In this document: positions 34,401-46,400 of the stretch, piece by piece
How positions within the stretch are numbered: position 1 is the stretch's first letter
Layout: each line of letters starts with the position of its first letter
Source: Candidatus Oxydemutatoraceae bacterium
GTDB taxonomy: Bacteria > Pseudomonadota > Gammaproteobacteria > Poriferisulfidales > Oxydemutatoraceae
Length of the DNA stretch: 64,000 nucleotides
Assembly (NCBI GenBank): GCA_965220085.1
Contig: CBDCOZ010000003.1
Span: forward strand, 1,760,001-1,824,000
Direction: 5' to 3'
Program-made: the position numbers and the translations under genes
Notes under the pieces: generated by a model
What the model was told of the DNA's origin: nothing
Database searches by the model: none
What the model saw: only the letters and a program-made list of their open reading frames with translations

Positions 34401-37400
34401 CAATGCGCCCTCTACGGTTATCACGCCGGTGTTACTCGTGATGGCAAACAAGCTGCCTGCGTCATCGGTCAGGCTCCAGACCACTGCGCTTACCGTAGAT
34501 CCACCCTCGTCTCTCACCGTCAAAGCAATGCCCGGTACCACGGTGCCGGCGGGCGCATTCTCCGCAATGGCATTAGCGCCAGTGTCGCTATCCGCTATCG
34601 TCAATGTCTCCAGCACATTCTCCACAGTTATCGTTATTGAGAATGCGACCGAAGTCACTCCGTCTTTCGCGGCTTGCGCCATTAATATGTGACTCTCGCC
34701 GCCAACCGCTTCAAAATCCAAATCGCCGGCCACACTGATTACGCCTGTGTTAGTCGCAATCGCAAACAGGCCGCTTGCATCATCAGGCAGACTCCATGTC
34801 AGGTCGGTTACCGTAGCGCCACCTTCGTCTCTCGCCGACAGAGTGACGCCGATCACTTCGGCGCCAATCGTTGCGTTCTCCGCAATGGCATTAGCGCCGG
34901 CGTCGCTATCCGCTATCGTCAATGTCTCCAGCACATTCTCCACAGTTACCGTTACTGAGAATGCGACCGAAGTCACTCCGTCTTTCGCGGCTTGCGCCAT
35001 TAATGTGTGACTCTCGCCGCCAACCGCTTCAAAATCCAAATCGCCGGCCACACTGATTACGCCTGTGTTAGTCGCAATCGCAAACAGGCCGCTTGCATCA
35101 TCAGGCAGACTCCATGTCAGGTCGGTTACCGTAGCGCCACCTTCGTCTCTCGCCGACAGAGTGACGCCGATCACTTCGGCGCCAATCGTTGCATTCTCCG
35201 CAACGGCATTAGCGCCGGCGTCGCTATCCGCTATCGTCAATTTCTCCAGCACATTCTCCACAGTTACCGTTACTGAGAATGCGGCCGAAGTCACTCCGTC
35301 TTTCGCGGCTTGCGCCATTAATGTGTGACTCTCGCCGCCAACCGCTTCAAAATCCAAATCGCCGGCCACACTGATTACGCCTGTGTTAGTCGCAATCGCA
35401 AACAGGCCGCTTGCATCATCAGGCAGACTCCATGTCAGGTCGGTTACCGTAGCGCCACCCTCGTCGCTCACTGTCAGAGTGACGCCGGTCACTTCGGCGC
35501 CAACCGTTGCATTCTCCGCAATGGTATTGTCGCCAGTGTCGTTATCCGCTACCGTCAATGTCTCCAGCACATTCAATACATTTATTGCCAGGGTCAGTGT
35601 GGCAGACTGATAACTGTCGACCTCGGCGGTTACCGTTACGCTATGGCTGCGCGCGGTTTCGTAGTCCAGTGTCTTGCCCGCAATCAATGTAATCTCTCCG
35701 TTAGCGCTGTCTATTGCAAATGAGCCGCTCGGATCGGTCAGGCTCCAGACCGCTCCGCTTACAACATTGCTATCAGCGTCTTGTGCCGCCAGCGTTACAT
35801 CCGCTATCGCAGTGCCTCCCGTTGCCGACTCCGCTATCGTCGCTGTGTTGGCATCGCCTGTCGCATCAGTGTCCGCAATCTGCAACTGCGGCAGAGTCTC
35901 GTCAATATCTGTTACGGCGATGGTCAGAGATAGCTCATTGGAATCTATGCCGTCCTTGCTCGCCTGCGCCCTGACCGTGTGTTGCGTCGCCGCCGCGTAG
36001 TCCAATGCGCCCTCTACGGTTATCACGCCGGTGTTACTCGTGATGGCAAACAAGCTGCCTGCGTCATCGGTCAGGCTCCAGACCACTGCGCTTACCGTAG
36101 ATCCACCCTCGTCTCTCACCGTCAAAGCAATGCCCGGTACCACGGTGCCGGCGGGCGCATTCTCCGCAATGGCATTAGCGCCGGCGTCGCTATCCGCTAT
36201 CGTCAATGTCTCCAGCACATTCTCCACAGTTACCGTTACTGAGAATGCGGCCGAAGTCACTCCGTCTTTCGCGGCTTGCGCCATTAATGTGTGACTCTCG
36301 CCGCCAACCGCTTCAAAATCCAAATCGCCGGCCACACTGATTACGCCTGTGTCAGTCGCAATCGCAAACAGGCCGCTTGCATCATCAGGCAGACTCCATG
36401 TCAGGTCGGTTACCGTAGCGCCACCCTCGTCGCTCACTGTCAGAGTGACGCCGGTCACTTCGGCGCCAACCGTTGCATTCTCCGCAATGGTATTGTCGCC
36501 AGTGTCGTTATCCGCTACCGTCAATGTCTCCAGCACATTCAATACATTTATTGCCAGGGTCAGTGTGGCAGACTGATAACTGTCGACCTCGGCGGTTACC
36601 GTTACGCTATGGCTGCGCGCGGTTTCGTAGTCCAGTGTCTTGCCCGCAATCAATGTAATCTCTCCGTTAGCGCTGTCTATTGCAAATGAGCCGCTCGGAT
36701 CGGTCAGGCTCCAGACCGCTCCGCTTACAACATTGCTATCAGCGTCTTGTGCCGCCAGCGTTACATCCGCTATCGCAGTGCCTCCCGTTGCCGACTCCGC
36801 TATCGTCGCTGTGTTGGCATCGCCTGTCGCATCAGTGTCCGCAATCTGCAACTGCGGCAGAGTCTCGTCAATATCTGTTACGGCGATGGTCAGAGATAGC
36901 TCATTGGAATCTATGCCGTCCTTGCTCGCCTGCGCCGTTATCGTGTGGCTCTCTGCCGTCTCAAAATTCAATGCGCCAGCCACCGTGACCTCGCCGCCAG
37001 TGCTAATCGCAAACAGGCCGCCAGCGTTATCAGGCAGACTCCATGTCAGGTCGGTTACCGGACGACCGCCTTCATCACTCGCCGTCAGAGTGACACCGCT
37101 CACTTCGGCGCCGATCGTTGCGTTCTCCGCAATGGCATTAGCGCCGGCGTCGCTATCCGCTATCGTCAATGTCTCCAGCACATTCTCCACAGTTACCGTT
37201 ACTGAGAATGCGGCCGAAGTCACTCCGTCTTTCGCGGCTTGCGCCATTAATGTGTGACTCTCGCCGCCAACCGCTTCAAAATCCAAATCGCCGGCCACAC
37301 TGATTACGCCTGTGTTAGTCGCAATCGCAAACAGGCCGCTTGCATCATCAGGCAGACTCCATGTCAGGTCGGTTACCGTAGCGCCACCCTCGTCGCTCAC

Positions 37401-40400
37401 TGTCAGAGTGACGCCGGTCACTTCGGCGCCAATCGTTGCATTCTCCGCAATGGTATTGTCGCCAGTGTCGTTATCCGCTACCGTCAATGTCTCCAGCACA
37501 TTCAATACATTTATTGCCAGGGTCAGCGTGGCAGACTGATAACTGTCGACTTCGGCGGTTACCGTTACGCTATGGCTGCGCGCGGTTTCGTAGTCCAGTG
37601 TCTTGCCCGCAATCAATGTAATCTCTCCGTTAGCGCTGTCTATTGCAAATGAGCCGCTCGGATCGGTCAGGCTCCAGACCGCTCCGCTTACAACATTGCT
37701 ATCAGCGTCTTGTGCCGCCAGCGTTACATCCGCTATCGCAGTGCCTCCCGTTGCCGACTCCGCTATCGTCGCTGTGTTGGCATCGCCTGTCGCATCAGTG
37801 TCCGCAATCTGCAACTGCGGCAGAGTCTCGTCAATATCTGTTACGGCGATGGTCAGAGATAGCTCATTGGAATCTATGCCGTCTTTGCTCGCCTGCGCCG
37901 TGACCGTGTGTTGCGTTGCCGCCGCGTAGTCCAATGCGCCCTCTGCGGTTATCACGCCGGTGTTACTCGTGATGGCAAACAAGCTGCCTGCGTCATCGGT
38001 CAGGCTCCAGACCACTGCGCTTACCGTAGATCCACCCTCGTCTCTCACCGTCAAAGCAATGCCCGGTACCACGGTGCCGGCGGGCGCATTCTCCGCAATG
38101 GTATTGCCGCCAGTGTCGCTATCCGCTATCGTCAATGTCTCCAGCACATTCTCCACAGTTATCGTTATTGAGAATGCGACCGAAGTCACTCCGTCTTTCG
38201 CGGCTTGCGCCATTAATGTGTGACTCTCGCCGCCAACCGCTTCAAAATCCAAATCGCCGGCCACACTGATTACGCCTGTGTTAGTCGCAATCGCAAACAG
38301 GCCGCTTGCATCATCAGGCAGACTCCATGTCAGGTCGGTTACCGTAGCGCCACCCTCGTCGCTCACTGTCAGAGTGACGCCGGTCACTTCGGCGCCGATC
38401 GTTGCGTTCTCCGCAATGGTATTGGCGCCAGTGTTGCTATCCGCTATCGTCAATGTCTCCAGCACATTCAATACATTTATTGCCAGGGTCAGTGTGGCAG
38501 ACTGATAACTGTCGACTTCGGCGGTTACCGTTACGCTATGGCTGCGCGCGGTTTCGTAGTCCAGTGTCTTGCCCGCAATCAATGTAATCTCTCCGTTAGC
38601 GCTGTCTATTGCAAATGAGCCGCTCGGATCGGTCAGGCTCCAGACCGCTCCGCTTACAACATTGCTATCAGCGTCTTGTGCCGCCAGCGTTACATCCGCT
38701 ATCGCAGTGCCTCCCGTTGCCGACTCCGCTATCGTCGCCGTGTTGGCAGCGCCTGTTGCATCGGTGTCCGCAATCTGTAGCTGCGGCAGGGTCTCATCAA
38801 TATCTGTTACGGCGATGGTCAGAGATAGCTCATTGGAATCTATGCCGTCTTTGCTCGCCTGCGCCGTGACCGTGTGTTGCGTTGCCGCCGCGTAGTCCAA
38901 TGCGCCCTCTGCGGTTATCACGCCGGTGTTACTCGTGATGGCAAACAAGCTGCCTGCGTCATCGGTCAGGCTCCAGACCACTGCGCTTACCGTAGATCCA
39001 CCCTCGTCTCTCACCGTCAAAGCAATGCCCGGTACCACGGTGCCGGCGGGCGCATTCTCCGCAATGGTATTGCCGCCAGTGTCGCTATCCGCTATCGTCA
39101 ATGTCTCCAGCACATTCTCCACAGTTATCGTTATTGAGAATGCGGCCGAAGTCACTCCGTCTTTCGCGGCTTGCGCCATTAATGTGTGGCTCTCGCCGCC
39201 AGCCGCTTCAAAATCTAAATCGCCCGCCACACTGATTACGCCTGTGTCAGTCGCAATCGCAAACAGGCCGCCAGCGTTACCAGGCAGACTCCATGTCAGG
39301 TCGGTTACCGGACGACTGCCCTCGTCGCTCACTGTCAGAGTGACGCCGGTCACTTCGGCGCCGATCGTTGCGTTCTCCGCAATGGTATTGGCGCCGGCGT
39401 TGCTATCCGCTATCGTCAATGTCTCCAGCACATTCTCCACAGTTATCGTTATTGAGAATGCGACCGAAGTCACTCCGTCTTTCGCGGCTTGCGCCATTAA
39501 TGTGTGACTCTCGCCGCCAACCGCTTCAAAATCCAAATCGCCGGCCACACTGATTACGCCTGTGTCAGTCGCAATCGCAAACAGGCCGCTTGCATCATCA
39601 GGCAGACTCCATGTCAGGTCGGTTACCGTAGCGCCACCCTCGTCGCTCACTGTCAGAGTGACGCCGGTCACTTCGGCGCCGATCGTTGCATTCTCCGCAA
39701 TGGTATTGTCGCCAGTGTCGTTATCCGCTACCGTCAATGTCTCCAGCACATTCAATACATTTATTGCCAGGGTCAGTGTGGCAGACTGATAACTGTCGAC
39801 CTCGGCGGTTACCGTTACGCTATGGCTGCGCGCGGTTTCGTAGTCCAGTGTCTTGCCCGCAATCAATGTAATCTCTCCGTTAGCGCTGTCTATTGCAAAT
39901 GAGCCGCTCGGATCGGTCAGGCTCCAGACCGCTCCGCTTACAACATTGCTATCAGCGTCTTGTGCCGCCAGCGTTACATCCGCTATCGCAGTGCCTCCCG
40001 TTGCCGACTCCGCTATCGTCGCTGTGTTGGCATCGCCTGTCGCATCAGTGTCCGCAATCTGCAACTGCGGCAGAGTCTCGTCAATATCTGTTACGGCGAT
40101 GGTCAGAGATAGCTCATTGGAATCTATGCCGTCCCTGCTCGCCTGCGCCCTGACCGTGTGTTGCGTTGCTGCCGCGTAGTCCAATGCGCCCTCTACGGTT
40201 ATCACGCCGGTGTTACTCGTGATGGCAAACAAGCTGCCTGCGTCATCGGTCAGGCTCCAGACCACTGCGCTTACCGTAGATCCACCCTCGTCTCTCACCG
40301 TCAAAGCAATGCCCGGTACCACGGTGCCGGCGGGCGCATTCTCCGCAATGGTATTGTCGCCAGTGTCGTTATCCGCTATCGTCAATGTCTCCAGCACATT

Positions 40401-43400
40401 CTCCACAGTTATCGTTATTGAGAATGCGACCGAAGTCACTCCGTCTTTCGCGGCTTGCGCCATTAATGTGTGGCTCTCGCCGCCAGCCGCTTCAAAATCT
40501 AAATCGCCCGCCACACTGATTACGCCTGTGTTAGTCGCAATCGCAAACAGGCCGCTTGCATCATCAGGCAGACTCCATGTCAGGTCGGTTACCGTAGCGC
40601 CACCTTCGTCTCTCGCCGACAGAGTGACGCCGATCACTTCGGCGCCAATCGTTGCGTTCTCCGCAATGGCATTGGCGCCGGCGTCGCTATCCGCTATCGT
40701 CAATTTCTCCAGCACATTCGTCACGTTTATTGTCAGTGTCACTACGGCAGGCTGATAACTGTCGACTTCGGCAGTTACCGTGACGCTGTGGCTGCGCGCA
40801 CTGCTGTCTTCGTAATCCAGCGTGTTGCTCGCAACCAAAGTAATCTCGCCGTTAGCGCTGTCTATTGCAAACAAGCCGCTCGGATCGGTCAGGCTCCAGA
40901 CCGCTCCGCTCACAACATTGCTATCAGCGTCTTGTGCCGCCAGTGTCACATCCGCTATCGCAGCGCCTGCCGACGCATCCTCCGCTATCACCGCAGTGTT
41001 GGCATCGCCTGTCGCATCGGTGTCCGCAATCTGCAACTGCGGCAGGCTCTCGTCAATATCCGTTACGGCGATGGTCAGAGATAGCTCATTGGAATCTATG
41101 CCGTTTTTCGCGGCTTGCGCCATTAATGTGTGGCTTTCGCCGCCAGCCGCTTCAAAATCCAAATCGCCCGCCACACTGATTACGCCTGTGTTAGTCGCAA
41201 TCGCAAACAGGCCGCCAGCGTTATCAGGCAGACTCCATGTCAGGTCGGTTACCGCATTGCTGCCTTCGTCACTCGCCGTCAGAGTGATGCCGCTCACTTC
41301 AGTGCCGATCGTTGCATTCTCCGCAATGGCATTGGCGCCGGCGTTGCTATCCGCTATCGTCAATGTCTCCAGCACATTCTCCACAGTTACCGTTATTGAG
41401 AATGCGGCCGAAGTCACTCCGTCTTTCGCGGCTTGCGCCATTAATGTGTGGCTCTCCCCGCCAGCCGCTTCAAAATCCAAATCGCCCGCCACACTGATTA
41501 CGCCTGTGTCAGTCGCAATCGCAAACAGGCCGCCAGCGTTACCAGGCAGACTCCATGTCAGGTCGGTTACCGCATTGCTGCCTTCGTCACTCGCCGTCAG
41601 AGTGATGCCGATCACTTCGGCGCCAATCGTTGCGTTCTCCGCAATGGCATTGGCGCCGGCGTTGCTATCCGCTATCGTCAATGTCTCCAGCACATTCTCC
41701 ACAGTTACCGTTATTGAGAATGCGGCCGAAGTCACTCCGTCTTTCGCGGCTTGCGCCATTAATGTGTGGCTCTCGCCGCCAGCCGCTTCAAAATCCAAAT
41801 CGCCCGCCACACTGACTACGCCTGTGTCAGTCGCAATCGCAAACAGGCCGCCAGCGTTACCAGGCAGACTCCATGTCAGGTCGGTTACCGGACGACTGCC
41901 CTCGTCGCTCACTGTCAGAGTGACGCCGGTCACTTCGGCGCCGATCGTTGCGTTCTCCGCAATGGTATTGGCGCCAGTGTTGCTATCCGCTATCGTCAAT
42001 GTCTCCAGCACATTCTCCACAGTTACCGTTACTGAGAATGCGGCCGAAGTCACTCCGTCTTTCGCGGCTTGCGCCATTAATGTGTGACTCTCGCCGCCAA
42101 CCGCTTCAAAATCCAAATCGCCGGCCACACTGACTACGCCTGTGTCAGTCGCAATTGCAAACAGGCCGCTTGCATCATCAGGCAGACTCCAGATCAGGTC
42201 GGTTACCGGACGACTGCCTTCGTCGCTCACTGTCAGAGTGACGCCGGTCACTTCGGCGCCGATCGTTGCGTTCTCCGCAATGGCATTGTCGCCGGCGCCG
42301 CTATCCGCTATCGTCAGTGTCTCCAGTACATTCGTTACGGCGATGGTCACTTCTAACGTAACCGTAACCGGATCGTCGCTGTCCGGAATTTGCTCGGCAG
42401 GCACCGTAGCCGATACCGTCACCTTGTAACTGGCATTCGCCGACATCTCAAAATCCAGCTCACCCGCTGTCATCAACAGAATCGCGCCATTCTCGTCTAT
42501 CCGAAACGGCCCGCCATCTGTCAGACTCCAAGTCACTCCGCTAATCAACTCGCCGCGCTCGCTCACCGCCAAATCCACATTGCTCACCGCCGTGCCCGCC
42601 GCCGCATTCTCGGCTATCTCGTTTGCGCCCTCGTCGTTGTCTGTCAGAGCGATATTGGCCGCCTCTGTCACATTTGCCACCTCGACAGTCAGGTCGATGG
42701 TTGCCGTGCGCAAACCACCCGCCGTTGCCTGCGCCCGCAATGCATATGTGCGCGTTGATTCAAAGTCCAGCGCGTGATCCGCCGCCAGCAAAGTGATGGC
42801 TCCGATCTCGCTAATCGCAAACTGACCGCCGGCATCATCGCTCAGCTCCCATGCGATGTCCTCTGTCAGCGTCTCGGTGTTCGTGCCGTCACTCAGTCGC
42901 ACCTGCAACGCAATGCCCGCCACCGCGTCGCCGACCGCCGCGGTTTCCGCTATCGTGCCAGTCGTGCCGCCCAATGCATTCACAATCTCTATGTCCGGTT
43001 CGGCAATCGTAGCCACACTGCGCACCGCCTCTCCGCCATTGATGACAGCCGCGACATGGTATGCGTATCCGGCGCCGGTACGCGCGGTGGCGTCGGCATA
43101 ATTCGTGTCACTTAAACCACTCTCCAACAGGACTTTGTCACGATAGACGCTGTACGTAATCGCCGGCGGGTTGGTCCATTCGGCGGGAACGCTCGGCGCA
43201 CTCCAACTCAATTCTCTGGACGAACCAAATCCGCTCGCTGTCAGCTCTGGCAAGTCGCGCAACTGGTAGCCGAACTCTTGCCAACTCGCCGTGCCGTCGT
43301 TGTCAAAGTCAACCTTCAGCGCGGGGTATTGGCTCGCGCTGCCAAAGTCCCAATTATCGGCGCCGTCCGCATTCCAATCGGCGTAGATGCCGTCATAGCC

Positions 43401-46400
43401 GGGCGGGGTTTGCAACTCGTCGGTCGTCCGACCGGCTTGATAATTTATGGCGCCGGAGTAGAAGTTCCCAATGATTTGAGTCGCAGCGGATGTCTCGGTA
43501 TCCCAATAAACCGCAACGTATGAGAGACGTGTGGTTTGAGACCGGTCGCCCACAATGCCGCCTTGATTGCCATCTTCATCATCACCGCGAACCAGAGCGG
43601 TGGAATAACCGTAATTCAGCATCTCTCGGTCAACTCTCACGCCAATCAAACCGCCGCCATCATCCGCATTGACGCTGCCGGTCGCATAGATATGATCCAT
43701 TCTGGCAACCCTGCTGATGCTCGGCGCTACCAAACCGACCAAACCGCCGCCGGCACCCGCCGGCGCCGATACATTGCCGCTCGCATAACTCGTCCGCAAC
43801 CCGCTCCCCACAAGCCGCCCGGCTAAGGCGCCGGCTGCGCTGCCGCCTTGTGCCGTTACCGAAGACCAACTGTTTGCAACCTCGGCCTGACCGCCAGTCA
43901 CCGCGCCGACCAGACCGCCGACTTGAGCATCGCTGCCCGCAGCCGTCACCGAGCCGGTCACGCCGACATTGCCAAGCTCCGCAGCGCTATCGCCGACCAC
44001 GCCAATCACACCGAACAAGCCAAGCGCCCCTTCCGTCGCGGCGCTGTTGATGTAGAGGTTGTCAATCGTATTGCCATTGCCGTCAAACCGCGCCGCAAAA
44101 CGGTGGCCCGAAACCCCGATCGGTTTCCAACCCGCTCCGCCTTCGCCTGCGCTCCAGCCTTTGTTAACGGCGCCGGAGGCGTAGTCGTCCCCGGCATCAA
44201 AATCCAAATCATTCGCCAATTCGTAGCCGATGCAAGACGTAATCGTCGGGTCGTCGTCAGCCGGATGCGCGGGCGTCGGGCAACCCGAAGCGCCGGCGCC
44301 GAAAGCCATCAGATACACATCGGTGCTTGTCGAAGCAATGCCATCGCCGTCCAAGTCCCAGCGCATCGCGTCCAATTGTTCCAGCGTCGTAATCTCAATC
44401 AGGCCGTCGCGGTCGCTATCACGCGCCCGTTGCACCGCTATCGTCAGCGACAGCGGGCTTGATACCACCGTGTCGGTTGTGGCTTGCGCCGTTATCGTGT
44501 GCGTCTGTGCCGTCTCAAAATCCAATGTGCCCGCCACCGTAACTTCGCCGCCAGCGGAACTAATCGCAAACAGGCCGCCCGCATTATTGGTCAGACTCCA
44601 TGTCATGTCGGTTACCGGACGACCGCCTTCATCACTCGCCGACAGAGCGATGCCGGTTACTTCGGCTCCAATCGGCGCGTTCTCGGCAATGGCATTGGCA
44701 ACGGCATCGCTATCGGCAATCGTCAGTCTCTCCAATACATTGGTTACGGCAATGGTCAGGCTGAGGTCGCCGGAATCCACGCCGTCCTTGCCGGCTTGCA
44801 CGGTCACCGCATAGCTGTTCGGCAGGGTCTCGTAATCCAATGAGCCCGAATTGATGAGGCTGATCGCGCCGGTGGCGCTGTCTATTGCAAATAAGCCGCT
44901 TGCATCGGTCAGGCTCCAGGTCACTCCGCTTACCGCATTGCCATCCTCGTCGGTCACGGTCAGAGCAATGCCCGGTACCGGCACACCGGCGGTCGCATTC
45001 TCGACCAGCTCTATCGCGCCGCTGCCGCTATTCGCCGCCGTCAATGTCTCCAACACATTCTCCACCGCTATCGTCAGCGCTATCGTGTTCGCGATGGCGG
45101 CGGTTGAGGCTTGCGCCGTTATCGCGTGGCTCTGCGCCGTCTCAAAATCCAATGCGCCCGCCACCGTTACCTCGCCGCCGGCGCCAATCGCAAACAAGCC
45201 GCCGGCATCATTAGTCAGACTCCATGTCAGGTCGGTTACCAAACGATTGCCTTCGTCACGCACCGTCAGAGTGACGCCGGTCACTTCGTCGCCGATCGTT
45301 GCGTTCTCCGCAATGGTATTGTCGCCGGCGTTGCTATCCGCTATCGTCAAAGTCTCCAGCACATTCGTCACGTTTATTGTCAGTTCCAGCGGGTCCGGCT
45401 CATAACCGCTTGCGGCGGCGGTTACCGTCACGGCGTGAGTGCGCGCGCCCGTATCTTCGTAATCCAGCGTGTTGTCCGCGATTAAAGTGATTGCGCCCGT
45501 GTCGGTCGCTATTGCAAACAAGTCGTTCGGATCGCTCAGGCTCCAGGTCGCTCCGCTCACCGCGGCGCCATCGGGGGCTTGTGCCGCCAGCGTCACACCC
45601 GCTATCGCCGTGCCAGCCGTTGCGTTCTCGGCTATCGTCGCCGTGTCGGCACCGCCCGTCTCATCGGTATCCGCAATCCGTAGCTGCGGCTCATCGACAT
45701 CGGTCACCGCTATCGTCAGCGCCAATTCGTTTGAATCTATGCCATCCCCCGAGGCTTGCGCCGTTATCGTGTGGCTCCGCGCTGTTTCAAAGTCCGGCGG
45801 GGCAGCGGCGCTTACTTCGCCGGCGGCGGCAATCGCAAACAGACCGCCGGCATCATCGGTCAGGCGCCAGGTCACGCCTGTCACCGGTATGCTCCCTTCG
45901 CTCGCTGTCAGAGCGATGCCCGGCACCGGCGCGCCGACGGGCGCATTCTCGGCAATCTCTATCGCACCCGTGCCGCTGTTCGCTATCGTCAGCGTCTCCA
46001 ATACATTGGTTATGGCGATAGTCAGGCCCAGATTGTTTGAGTTTATGCCGCCCTTTGAGGCTTGCGCTGTCACCGCATAGCTATTCGGCGGTGTCTCATA
46101 ATCCAATGCGTCCGAAGCGAGGCTGATTGCGCCCGTGTCAGCCGCAATCGCAAATAAGCCGCTTGCATCGGTCAGGTTCCAAGTCACGCCGCTCACTGGG
46201 TTACCGCCCTCGTCGGTCGCGGTCAGAGCGATGCCCGGCACCGTGGCGCCCGCCGTCGCGTCCTCGGCAAGATCTATCGCGCTGCTGCCGCCGTTCGCTA
46301 TCGTCAGCATCTCCAGTATGTTGGTTACGGCAATGAGCAGGAACTCCTCGTTTGAGGATACGCTGTCCTTTGAGGCTTGCGCCGTGACCATGTGTTGCGT

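Noticed and set aside
43581-43589. RGD tripeptide in head module 2 as an integrin ligand
   Set aside because: An RGD is expected by chance in 14,000 residues and it is not conserved in the other two modules.
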